From Daphnia carinata (Eukaryota), in NCBI RefSeq assembly GCF_022539665.2, contig NC_081333.1, positions 9,858,001 to 9,922,000 of the forward strand: DNA of 64,000 bases, given 5' to 3'. The notes under the pieces are model-generated. The model worked only from the letters and a program-made list of their open reading frames with translations. It made no database searches and was not told the origin of the DNA. This document shows positions 25,527-38,329 of this stretch, piece by piece; position 1 is the stretch's first letter; the number at the start of each line of letters is the position of its first letter. The position numbers and the translations under genes are program-made.

Positions 25527-27542
25527 GAACAAATCGTCATTAACGTGTTTGACTAGCTTACCAGACGATTAACGTATTTGGAAAAGATTAATCTTGATTA
25601 ATTAACTGCCACCACAAAATAGTTCTTGTCAAGTAGAGTGTAATTTATGGATTAGTATATTGTTTTACAAAGTTTTTGAATCCCTTAAATTAGATTCGAA
25701 TGTCTATCCATTTGAGGCATCGAAACAGTGTTTCTATACCTGCAGTATCATTAAAAAACAAATTATCTTAAGTCCAAGTAACGCCTTTCCAGTTTGGATC
25801 TCATCACTCGTCACACGAAAGAAAGGATGCAAAATATCAGAAAAACTTGTCACCATTTTAAATATTGTCATCCCAAGCCTAGTTTTCCAGCATTTGATTT
25901 AAAAATCATTGTTGATCAATATCTTGATAATGCGAGAATGTTATCATTTTTCCCTTACCAAAAGTGAGTGGAAACTGAAACACCGGCATTTGAAGCATTC
26001 GTTGATTGGAGTTGTGGTTTCGAGGCAACCATGAAACTTGTTGCATTCCTTTTACGACCTAGTAGATTTCACCGTCCATGTTAGTGGCATCCACAGAAAG
26101 TATTGGTAAGGAATGACTAACCATGTTGCCATCATTTGCTTTTCTGTAAGGGCTTCTGTATTGTCATTCGAGTATAAAAAGAAATAACGTTCTCTTCCGC
26201 TCAGAAACGACTAACGTTAACAAAACCCACTCTCCCGACAAAAGGAAAACGAAGGACAAGAGGACAGTGCCCATTTTCAACAAGACGAGAGTTCGTAATG
26301 GCTCATGCTAACCCATATTTTTTTAAATGATCGTTATCAAAATTATAGTAAATAAAATTTTTTAGAAAATTATAGATAATAATGAAAAATTATTCGCTAA
26401 CAGATCAACGTTACATTGCACGTAGTGCTGGTTCTCCTTTAATCACGGCCAGAATGGGCTTTCTTCTGCTTTCGAGATTGTTACAGCAAGACGGCGGCGA
26501 TGGTTTAAACATCCCAAACCTTAAAAAAAGGGGGATCAGCTTTTGCAGGAACATCCAAAGAGGTCGGAGGTAGAGGGCCAAATAGGAAAGATCTGAGAGA
26601 GAGTTGTAAGGAATAGCACAACCAATCATAGATCCTCCTCTATTGTTCTTGTGGTGGGGTAGGAGCCGGCAGAAGAGGTGAACAGTTTCTCGGTGCTCTG
26701 TATTCTTGGCATGATACGAGTCATTGGACTTGTAAAGGGAGTAATGTCGAGTGATAATTCAGACAAAACACACAAAGAGAAACCATTGAGAGAATGCAGA
26801 ATTGAAATTGCAATCAAGAGAACGATAGCCCATGGCTGGCAGTATCGCTTTAAAACAAAATCATTTGGGCACGAAAACAAGCCCTGAAAGAAAATTGATA
26901 CGAAAAATCAACTTCGTTTTAAGAGCCGATCGTCTTGTTTTCCGTCTTTTTCAAACACCCAAAAAGGGCGACACACACATCACACTTCAACGTAGAAATA
27001 AGCGGACGAAATATTTTTTTTTCTCAAGTAGGGCGAAAATTTTATACAGAAAGAGGGAGGAAAATGATAACTGCGTCACGGACAAAAAAAGAAATCGGAT
27101 GGGAAACAACACAAACGAGGGAAAAGGCCAAGAAAAAAAAGAACTAACTCGGAGCGAATGAAAAAATTGGCAATCAAATAATCTTTTTTTGTTGTTTTCG
27201 AACCCGATCAGTAGAAACTACAGTTTTACATGAGAATAAATACAGCTTCTGTCACTGACAGGCTCGTCTTTTTGTTATCTTACTGATGAGAGATACCACC
27301 ATCTTTCTGAGTCGCAATGCATTCAACGTACCTGCAACGGCCGTCTTTTGACGTGTTGCTTCGCTCCGACGAAGAGGGGAGAACAAAAAACCATAGAAGG
27401 AAAAAGATTTCACCGAGGAAATACAGAACGGTTTCGCGAGAGTATATATATGTATAAAAAAAAAGAAAAAAAAAAGAATTCTGGTGGTTTAAAGACGAAA
27501 GAAGACGAGCGAAGATGATTTTTCCTCCCGGTGAGAAAAAAT

Positions 27543-30500
27543 TCAGTCTGACATAAAATGATTGGGCGGCTTCAACTCCTCCAGCTCTTTCATCTGTTGC
27601 CTTAAGAAGAGGATCCTACTTAAAACAATGGGAAAAAAATTGTTTAATGTATATTCTTGCTTACAGACATCTATTCGAAGCGTACCGTTGTTCCTGCAGA
27701 GTGGCTTGAATATCAGCCACCCGAACCAAAGAACGAGCCATCTTCAGCTCGGCCGAGACTTTAGTTACATGAAGATTGCCAATAGTATGCAAATCTTCGC
27801 TCACTTTCGTCGCCTTCAAAAGAAAAGAGTATAAATAATCAACAAAGCGAATCGGGACACTATCATAAGAGTCACCCACCTGTTTCTCTAATAGCTCCGC
27901 CGGCCATCCGGTCACGTGAGAAATTAAATCTGGTCGATAATGGGATGCTAGTGAAGGTGTCAACGCATGACTGGATGCAGCGGATGGCCGTAAACTGGCC
28001 GCTGCCGCTGACAGAGAACTCAAACTCGTTGCCGGACTCCCTAAATGACAAATATGTCCTAAGTTAGCACTGCGTCAATATGAGAACTATTTGGTTTAAG
28101 TATGATTAATATGCACCTAAATTCTCCATTTACGGCACAATAAAACAAGAGAGTAAAAATCGAAAATTGAATTTTTAAAAATGAATTTGAGTCAGACGGG
28201 CATTACCTCGACGAAAGTCAGCTTCGAGTCTTTCTGAATGAGTAGGCGTGGGAGGACCGTTAGCAGGATCGCCTTCTAATGGCATCGGCGTCGACAGAGC
28301 GTGGCAGCCATCCTGCAGGTGTGAAGACGATGCTCCGAGCGAGTTCATATTCTTTGGTAGTGTCGCCACATTCGAGGCGGGAACAGCGATCTGCGACGAG
28401 GAAAGCAATGTCTGCAACGACTGCAAGACCTCGTGTGCAGGTAGCTCCATATGTTCCAAATTTTGTAACGAACCTGGAAAACAAATTTTGTCATATCAAT
28501 CACCGTTCAACAGATGCGTCAACCTTCTAATTTACCTAGAGCAGTGATATTCCCCATTCGTCCTAAGGTCGACGCAAGCATAGATTGTATCGCAGGATTG
28601 ATCTGAATGGCAGATCCTGAAACGGATGATCGTGTTAACTGGGTTAAAAGCTGCTGGAGGGATGAGAGACTGGTCGTTGTAGCTGTTGCCGCCGTCGTCG
28701 GCATCGAAGAACCCGTTTGTAACGGCGACATCAAACTAGGAGCCCGACTGGGTTTCAAAGGATAAACAAACAGAATCCATCAGTTCATTTCCACTATGAG
28801 ACTTCAACAAGACATCTTAAGAGAAGTTCCAAAACAAAAAAAGGAATTGGGGAGGTAGTCACATTGATAGGGCAAAGCATGCAGCAGTTACCTGGTTGAG
28901 GCATTTGGAGTTTGGGAGGAAGGTCTTGTGAGTTGTACGGGAGTGCTGGTCGGCGGATGAGACAAGAGACGTGGCAGAGCAGTTGCTAATGAGACGGGCG
29001 CAGCAGATACAGTTGTAGTGGGTGTTAATCGTGGATCCGGCGTGTATGGAGTGGCAACTTTCGGCCCGGAGGCCTCCGAAGTTGGCGTACTATCCGCCGG
29101 GGAAATGTCCATATCTTGGCTAGGTCGCTCTAAAGAGGAATCATATTTAACGTGACACATGCTGGACGAATTCCATTGCCTGATGAAAAATAAGCGGATC
29201 CACTTTTTCGGAAATCGACTGATTTTGCAAGCAATAGGCCTATATTAGTAAAATAAGATCAAAGTTAGGCGTACCATAGCTGTGTCTTCTGGATTGCGGC
29301 TGCTCCGGCATCGAGGGCTGAGGTTGGTGAGTTCTATGATTATCTCTGCTTTCTGAACGAGAAGATGTCATATTGCTGCTACTGCCACTGTTGTTGTTAC
29401 TATTCGACATAGTACCAGAACGACTAAAATTGGAATGTCTATCCGACGGACCGCTGCTACTGTTTCGAGACGACGAGTAAGAAGGTCGGTCGTACTTTCT
29501 TTCACGATCACGATCCCTATCACGTCTGTAACGTTCCCGGTCACGCTCATGTTCCTTGTCCTTTTCCCAATCGACCCAGTCGCGAGGCTTCTCCCATTGA
29601 GAGACTTCGGTTTTGCAATTGTAGTAATATTTCTTTCCCGAAGAACTGACGTGCTCTGTCCAGTCACCAACTCGTAGAGGCTTTTCCTCTGTAGATCCCC
29701 GATCGTGGTTATTGCGTCTATCCGAGTCCCGTGGTCGTTCCCGTTCACGAGGAGACCGATTGTCTCTGTCTCTTTCTTTGTCCCGTATCCGTTGCGCATA
29801 AGAGCCTTTGTGCACATAGCTTCTGTCTCTGGGACTGTCACCAAAGGAGTTCGGGCTGTCAGATCGTAGTCCCGTACCGTTGGGCGAGTCCCGTGTTCGA
29901 TCATTGTATCGATCATAGTTTCCTTTGGAATTACCGTATTTGGTACTGGCCTGTCAATGAATGAAAACAAATTATAAGTAACAAAGCTTTGAAGTAATAT
30001 AAAAATAAATCAATAATAAAAAAATAATAGGAGGACAAGCACAGACATACAACCAAACTTAACTGCTACCAAGTAAGATTCACTATTATGCTATTGGATA
30101 CTCCATTGTATGTAGAGCTGTCACTTGCTTAAACTCTTTGTTTACATGGGAAAACATTGCTAACCAATTGAATTGAAATCAATTAATGCCTTCCTGAGAA
30201 TACAGGCCTTTGAAAAACACCAAAAATCAAAAGCTAATGGAGTGAAAAGAGAAAAAATAAGAATAGACAGCTAATGTTTACCAAATGATACTGAGAACAC
30301 TGTCAACAAAATTGTCCTCATTGTTTGTTTTTTTGTGAAAAAATTTTGACTAGAAATTCTTTAGCTCAAACTAATAGTAGAAACTGGGTATTTCATAAGT
30401 TTTAAAAAAGGAAACCAAAGAAACCTCAAGTTTTACTACCATTAACTGTACTGTTGACCTAACCCAACTGTATGTTTACGAATTTTCTTTTGTCTTATGA

Positions 30501-30724
30501 ATAGTATACTTTCATTACTAATATTACCTGGTAGGGATGGGACTGATGTTTATCGAAATACCTGTAACGAAAGAAAAACACATCAATAAATAAAAATAAA
30601 TTCCAACAAATATGGCGGAATCAACTGTCACGAATTTTATGTTATTAGGGGAGTAGTAACATGTACACAAAAAAAAATCTTACCCATCATCCAGTCTTGG
30701 TAGTTTCCTAGCATGCATTACCAT
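27543..30724 (-). CDS. WAC: WW domain-containing adapter protein with coiled-coil (WAC / Drosophila Wacky), 609 aa
   Basis: Exons 30724-30684, 30561-30528, 29950-29275, 29129-28892, 28747-28536, 28473-28207, 28040-27880, 27813-27686, 27615-27543; all GT-AG and phase-consistent, 1830 nt. N-terminus [27 protein letters not shown] domain [28 protein letters not shown]-terminal [29 protein letters not shown], all characteristic of WAC. Confidence 0.96.
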
Positions 30725-31308
30725 CAATGCAATGATCTACAGGAGATTAGATATAACAGAGCTGAATCAGCCCTTTCTTTCAACGAAACGAATCTGGAAG
30801 TTTAAGTTTAAGTTTTTCCAATCGTCAGACGCCATATACATCCGGGGTCCCTGCATCGAAGACACAGCGATGCCACTTTATTATAAACAGTCCAAGGCCT
30901 CAAAGCTTTTTGCCTGGAGGGTGGGAAGAAGGACGAACGCAGCATTGCGAAATCTACTAAATAATCTTCAAAATAAGTTAATTTTGAAACGTAAAATGCC
31001 AAAGAGATTTAAGTCTTTATCCCAAACTGCAGTCTGAAATTTAAAAAGTTTTCGGCACACAATTTGCTGAATTATTCGAACGCAATATTATTGCTATACG
31101 ATCGTCAGAACTGATGCAGTTTCTAGAGCTCTTTGATGCTTGTTAGACACTAAAACAAAAAATAAATAAGTAGCTGATTTTATTTCTTCACCGTCTTGTC
31201 TTGCATGTGTTGCCTAGAGTTCTGCAGCAGTCATTCTTAGTAATAATTTTTATTCGATACGAGGTTTCCCGCTTAAAACTGTAAATGCGACCGCTCACAA
31301 CATATAGA

Positions 31309-31316
31309 TATCGATA
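31309..31316. promoter_or_regulatory. DRE (TATCGATA) in the WAC promoter
   Basis: Perfect palindromic DRE with flanking CGATA half-sites near 31255 and 31354, upstream of a probable non-coding first exon (donor ACG|GTGAAG near 31191; acceptor AG 30738-30737). Confidence 0.6.
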
Positions 31317-31889
31317 AGATAAAGCTTCGGATGTTTTAACCAACTAAATATCTCGATATTACCCGTTACAAAGGGTTTGATATTTCAAGGGTGAGATTTG
31401 CACAATCATTAGGCTTCGCCGAAATTATTCAGCCACAGCTTTACTAATAGAAAAACATGTTTTCAGGTCAATATTTACTTACTTGATCTATACTTTCGTT
31501 CGTCGTTCCTACTTTATAGATATAGCAGTTTAAATTCGCATATCAAAATTTAATCACATTATTACTGGCTATAATCTTAGTATTGCACTTTGTCGATTTT
31601 AGGGGCATTAGAATATAAAAACTTTTTATTCAACTTATTCAATTGGGGAGAAATCAGAGTAGAATATTAGAACCATGACTGGTTATAACGAAATAATCAG
31701 GACCCGTTTTTCTTTAGTACTTATTGGTATAGTTGGGGACGTACGCAATGCCCTAAACGATTGATTTTTCCTTATCAAGTGCTGCGAGCAAGAATAAAAT
31801 CAGTATTTAACACAGACTTCTGCTATAATCATAAGTAATAAGGTTTCTTACACTGTTTAATTTCTCTAACATTCCTGCAATACACATTT

Positions 31890-32969
31890 TTAACTTTCTC
31901 CATCGTAAGAAGTTTCACCGTTTTGCTTGATATGTTGTTCAAGTGACCGTGCCAACTGCTGCTGTTGGTATGTCAAGGATTGGCTTAATTGACTCGTAGA
32001 AGACGTCAGGATGGAACAAAGTTCGGCACGGAGCATATTTATGTCTGGTAAGGTAGAACACCATAGCAGCTCATTACGCGTAAGTAGTCTTCCTTGGACT
32101 ACGCCACCTAAAAAGAAAACATATGACAATGTCATAAAAACAGTATAAAACATAGTTCACATTTAATATACCCAGCAGAACAAAGCTAGCCATTTTCTTT
32201 GTAAATTTTAAAAGCTTAGAGACTTGCAGGTCTTTGCTACATAGGTAAGCAGTTTTGCCAACATGTAACCTCAGAACAGGCTCAAATTCCGTGTTTGCTA
32301 AGGCCATGGTAGCAATTTTTCTGCTTCCAAAGACCATTTTCATGTTATGACCATGCAGCATTTGCTTGATCTAAAAAAAAAAAAAGGATTAATATAGAGC
32401 AACACAAAAAGGCAAACAAACTTCTACCTTAATAATTTCATGTGCTTTAGTAGAATTTTCATGAAAAATGGCAATCAACTGTGAGTCAGCAAATCTTGAG
32501 TGAAACAGCTTAGCTAAAAGTTCTTCATATTTGCCGACCTGTGTTCAATAACATAACAAATCATACTGCAGAAAACCCCTTTAACAACATAAATGGTGTT
32601 GTAACCTCTTCATCCTCTTTTTTGGCTAAAATGTTGCCACAAACTTGAAACCATGGCACGCTAGTTAAAGGATCTGGGTAGATAGGTTCAAGAGCAGCCT
32701 TATACCGGGCCTTAACGTAATGATCTGGAATAGGTCTCTGGGTTGTGAAAAGAAAAATTTAGTTAAATGGTAGGTATACTTAAATATTGTTTAATCGCAC
32801 TTGAATATTCGGTTTTCTTGTTCTCCACCTTATTGCCGTGGCAGTCGGTAACCAGGGTTTTAATAGGCCTTAATGAATATCAAGAGGTTAAGTTGAGGAT
32901 AATATGTAAATTGAAGCATCCTTTACTTTGAAAGTGTATAAGTCTATTTGTGGACTCTATGGCAGCCAT
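31890..32969 (-). CDS. mRpL10: 39S mitochondrial ribosomal protein L10, 256 aa
   Basis: Exons 32969-32927, 32868-32801, 32737-32606, 32538-32428, 32370-32172, 32107-31890; phase-consistent, 771 nt, introns 57-67 nt. Basic presequence-like N-terminus, KPNIQRPIPDHY, FVLLGGVVQGRLL..LPDINMLRAELCSIL..LSQSL. AATAAA at 31630-31625. Confidence 0.92.
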
Positions 32970-33285
32970 TGTTCAATCGTTATTTCTTTTACTTAAGAAA
33001 GCAGCAATGACGGAATACAATTTAATATGCAAGATTCTAGTTTTGATTTCAGTTTTGACTACAGGAAGCAGACGATGCTTGGATGCCATACCAGATAAAG
33101 AGGTGTAAAATGATTAACCAGTTAAAAACAAGGTGCCAATGTGTTTAAGGCAAAGGCTATCAAGCAAACTAAGAATCGGTTGAATTCAAATCAGCGAATA
33201 CCTTAATAAGACGTCGCAGCAGCCTAGCAAGATTTCTGTGAATATTTGTAAAAATTTTTCATGGAAAAAAAATTGTTTCTATTCT

Positions 33286-33299
33286 TCACTAGGTGGCAG
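33286..33299 (+). promoter_or_regulatory. CTCF-like motif
   Basis: TCACTAGGTGGCAG versus consensus CCASYAGRKGGCRS, one mismatch; ~300 bp upstream of the mRpL10 ATG. Confidence 0.45.
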
Positions 33300-36200
33300 A
33301 ACGCTTGAAACGCAAAAAACGCCAAGAAATTACATTCATCCGCTAAGCAAATAAAGGCTACTAACAGAGATAGCTGAAAATCCCCTCCATCCTCAATTTC
33401 TTATCCCTCCGGAAATTGTTTAGGCTAGATCAAGAATAATAAGACAATTTATGCTCATGCGCATTCGTTAATACTAAGGGTTATAGATGGTCTGCCAAAA
33501 TGCAATAAACGTCCACCTCTTCGAGTCTACATAGTTTCAGCGCGTACGAGTATAGCACAACAATGTTTAGTTTGAGAAGCATCTTCCAATGAATGGCTGA
33601 CATGTTTATCACGACGATCGGACTGGAGCGGCGTATCTGAATTTGCATGCCGCACATTAGACGAAACCGAGCCAATTTATGTTTCTCGTGACGTAGCCGT
33701 TGGTCCGACTAAATACGACACGGGTGAGTCATCGAGTCGACACCAGAAACTTGTTGGTTTCTTTCTCGACTCCCGACCAACATGATGAGACGCGGATGTG
33801 AGAACGACAAACAAACAAGGAGAGAAAATGAACGTTCTTTGGCCGGCAGGCGATGGATATTAGCGTTCGAACGTATTTGGAAGAGGGTGTCATCGACAGA
33901 TTAGCACGGGGCTCGTCGCACACGTGCCTTCGCTATCCCGCATGTCAGGGCCCTGTTGAATGTGTTTCACATTAAGGCTTTCATCTACACAGGACGTAAA
34001 AGGGGATGGAAACTAAAAGACGCAGAGCTATAGGGCGCGCGTGCTCATTAGGCCAATTGAGTCTGGCGATGGTGGCCACACCTTCGCGGCCAACAGCTCC
34101 GCCAGGTGTGTGATTGTGCTTATACCGCTGTGTATATCCTTTTTTTTTCTTTTTAGATACCTTTTGATTTTTTTTTCCTTTGGCATTTTTTATTCCATTG
34201 GTCGCTCCCATCACCTTGTCTTGAATTAGAAAAAAAATTGTCGAACCTATTTTTATAGTATTATGTCCATTTCTATAGGTTGAAAGCTGCTGTCCACTAA
34301 AGCAAACTGGCCCTCGTCTTAGATTTTGCATTCCATTATTTTCTCGAAAGGCAAGTCGGCCGCTGTTCGATTCTTTTTACGACCGCCCGAATGGAACCGA
34401 TTTCCCATCCGGCGGCTCCACCCATCAACCCATATTTGAAATTGGACAACCGGCTAGATAATAAAAAGAACTAAAAGACGAGAGAGGTAGTTTAAATTGT
34501 ACGGAAAAGAAGAGAAAAAGAATAATAAATAATAGTAATAAGACTCGACAGTCAACGAGCTTTCAGAGAAGGAGAACATTTAGATCGCCATTCTCTGATA
34601 ATTAGACTAGACAACAACACAGACAGAACCCTCCCCCCCCCCCCCCTTTTTTTTTGTGGGTATGTGTGTGGCTCGTGTCCGGTTTCAAGAGACGGTCCGA
34701 GTCGAGATGAAGACGATAGGAACATTGGCCCGTTGGCTGGCTGACGAATCCGGTTGATTTTTTACGACCAGTGGATTGCATCGCAAGGATTCGCGGATAT
34801 GACTTGACGGGCAAGACGAAGGCCAGCAGCCAAAATGGACCTTTTTTGGGATGTACTATAGCGATCTAAAAAAGCCAACATCATCACACCAATGCACGGG
34901 GCTAGTTGCGACTCATTATATTCTTTTGCGGGAAAAACCAGAACACACACACACACCAGCAATCAAAATGAAAGGAGAAGTAAACTTGCCGAGCATTTCA
35001 ACAGGTGAAGACCTGCTAAGGATTTTGCAGCTTGACAGTCATTGCACACAAGCCAGCTACTTGATGCGTGCCCGTCGGCGTATATAATCAACTTGATAAA
35101 TTTAGTGCCGAGAGGGGAAACGTGCTGATATATATAAAAGCATTCACGAGACAACTGAAGCTCACGCATTCGCACCATAAACAGATTTTGTGTGTGTGTG
35201 TGAGTGTGTGAAAAAGGAGAGCAGGGAATACCTATTAGCAGCTGCTGCTTCTGCTGCTACATATTCTGCCTGCGCAACCTTGATTTTGTTGGTTGTTTTG
35301 CTCTGTTTTTCTTCTTCTTTGGTTGTTTTGATTTGGCTTTGTTTTCAGCGTGAGTCACATGTGGCATTGTGCCGTAGCCTATAGAAGGCCAAAAAAAGGA
35401 AACCAGACTTGTCATACGCATGGAGAGCTGCAGTCGCCCAGGAGGTGACCAAAAACAGACAAATATTTAACAGCTATATAGCGCCAGAAAACTGGAAAGC
35501 CAGAGCGTTGAGCAAGAGTGAGAATTGTTTTTTTTTTTTTAATACAGGTTCTCCTGCTGTATGTATGTATATCTTGTAGATAACACTTGATGGAGCCCTA
35601 TCGTCAAGAATCGTGAAGGCGGGAGGAAAAGACAAGCGACCAAAATAATAATGATAATATAAATAAGGGTCTGTGACTGTGAAGAATGACAGGTCGACAC
35701 GAATCGGTCGGCGAATCAAGCCGAGCCAGCATGGCAAACAGGTGAGAAACAGGTAACACATCCAGATTTGTATAGAGACCTTTCTTCTTTTCTATTTTTA
35801 TGTTATCCTTTTCTTTTAATTTAATTTTGCTTTTCTTAGTTGATGATGGGGGCAGCCCAACTGCTTCGATCGGTTTTTGAACGCAGACTTCTGCATGTGC
35901 TTAATCAAAGCACGCACGCCGTGCAGGGGCTACAGCACGACGGCCATCATTAATCGTCAATAGACGAAACAAAAGCTGTTCGGCGGAGATTTTTAGCAAA
36001 ACGATTCATGAATGGCTATTTCCACTGGTCTTGGTTTTTCTGTCATTTCTCTTCTAATCTTTTGCGTACATCTGTTTTATTTCTCCTTTCTGTTTCTCTT
36101 ATTTTATTTTCGTTCCTGTTTCTTCAAATCCCAACCTAAAATGTCCGTGTTCTTTTTTTTTCTTCTTCTTTAGGGAAGGGGTTTCCCTCTGCCGGGGGGC

Positions 36201-38296
36201 TTGTTTTACGATCAGCAAGTGATGCTGAATGAAATCCAGCACATCTAATCCGAGACGCGTTCCCAATACTCCTTTTCGCCCAGCATGTGAGTAGATGGAC
36301 CACACAAGAGACGCACGCACAAGCGCTCGCATCTCATACGTGCCCACACGATTGCACGCAACATCGCGTCCAGCAATCACAGTTGCCAATGCTTTCTTTG
36401 ACTTCTGAAAAATTCGCATTTTTAAAAAAAATTTTATTTACTTAGTTTGCTTTATTTATTCCCCCCTTTTTTCGCGTTTTCTTTTATTATTATTGCCATT
36501 ATTATTAGTTTGGTCTTCCAAGGTTCATCGCTGACCGGTCTGGGTCACACCTTCAAGCCAGGCTATAACTCAGCGGATAATAAGCGCTTGCGTGCAACCG
36601 CCTTTCGCTATTTCCAGAGATCGGCGTCAGCATATATACACAGCCATTCAGCATATACGCGTATATAGCAGCAGCCCATTTTTTTTTTTTTTTTTTTTGT
36701 TCGCAGCTTTTTGTTCGCGGTGGTCCTTCATTCACGGCAATATATATTCGAAACTTTTCCTCCTTACTGCCTTTATTTTCTTTTATCACTCTATGAAGGT
36801 ATAACAGACCAATGGTGAATGATTTCAGAAGGGGAGAGAAGGAGGTTAAACGTGCCTCCTGAAAAACAAAAAACCTAAATCGATGATGAGTCTATCAAGA
36901 ATATATCGCTAGCGGCCTTGCAGTCTCTCTTTCCACGAAAAACGTTTGTTTGGTTTCGTGAAGATCAATTTAAAAGTTTTTCTTAACGCTGGAAAAAAAA
37001 AATGGCGAAAAGGATAAACGATGAATGGATTTCGAAGTGCCAAGGTTAATTAGAGCAAACAGGGACGCAGTAGACAAAGTAAATTACGTAAATTATACGA
37101 CGAAGCAGGACATGTACAGGTCGCAGTGTGTAGGTTGATTGTGGCAGTTCGAATTTGGAACCATTTGTTCTCTTCCCGTAAAGGAAATGTAGGGGTCATA
37201 CAGCTCGATGAATTTTCAGTTTCCTCTATTGTGTTTTTCTTCTGCTATTGTATAATCAACTATAGAAAAAAAAAACCTTTCTCTTGGATTCCTTTTGTAG
37301 AACTGAACAACACTACCAAATTTGTAGCCAGCTCAAGTAGAGGCTTTAACTGTATGGGATGAATATTTCTTCTCATTATGCGCAATATTGTATAATCATT
37401 CGTATAACAGGTAGATAACGCGCTACATGTAGTTTACCAAATGACAGGTTTAATTGTTTTGATTCTTTGATTGATCACAAGTATGAACGGCCAAACAAGG
37501 TAAGTATAAACACTCTCTAGCTGAAATTCGTGATATTTAAACGCTTGTAGTTCGTATTGACTTCTTTCGATGACATTTGTACTTCTGAATTATCGAAAAG
37601 AACGGGGCGTACATTAAATGTTCTACTGCTTATTTCTCTATGTGAAACATATATGAAACAATAAGAACCTTGCCTTAGACAAATGATCCTATTCTTACAC
37701 AACTTTGCTATTGTTTTGCCACGGATCTAATAAAACAAAATTCTAGGAAAAGAAAAAGAAAGGCGATTTCACGTAGAGGAGCATAACTACGCCATCATCT
37801 CCCCCAAAAAAAGTGTATTGGCAACTGCGAGGCATACGGATGTTAACACTTTAGGTCAATTAAATTTCATGAAGCGTTGATTTCTGCCGAAGGAAAATGA
37901 CACACGACTATAGATTTATGACGCCCCTCCGAAAAAAGAGGAATACATTACTCTCTCTTAGAAATATTGCAAACCCAGGCACTCTCTCCTACTTCGGTGC
38001 TGTGGTTGCGTCGAGGCCGCACACACCAATGACTCACCGAACGAACGGCCGAAGGTGAAGAACGCGACGCCGGCGGGAGCATGATGATTCACGAAAACAG
38101 CAACAGTATCAACCCGTTGCTCCTGCTGCTGCCTGATCTAATTACATTCCAGCCGTCCGGTCGGCCGGCAACGAAAGATAAGCGCCAGGGATGACTAAAA
38201 TGTCCGGTAAAAGCTGGCCAGCCGCACCATTACAAGAATTCGAATATCCGTCATGGCGATCTTTTATCTTGGCCATTTACCCTCATTCGCTGATGA

Positions 38297-38329
<33 letters not shown>

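Noticed and set aside
26585..26764. RNase P RNA-like pair GGAAAGATCTGAGA and AATTCAGAC
   Set aside because: CR-I spacing is off, P4 has an A-C mismatch, no clear CR-II to CR-IV or P1, and it lies antisense to the probable WAC 3'UTR. A cmsearch with the nuclear RNase P model would settle it.
30767..30835. 22-aa uORF upstream of WAC
   Set aside because: Probably inside a 5'UTR intron (acceptor at 30738-30737), so absent from mature mRNA.
38038..38136. Minus-strand mini-exon MLPPASRSSPSAVRS with donor GTGAGT; also ATGATGA..CTGA C/D-like boxes on plus
   Set aside because: No convincing downstream exon chain; boxes only ~55 nt apart with no terminal stem.
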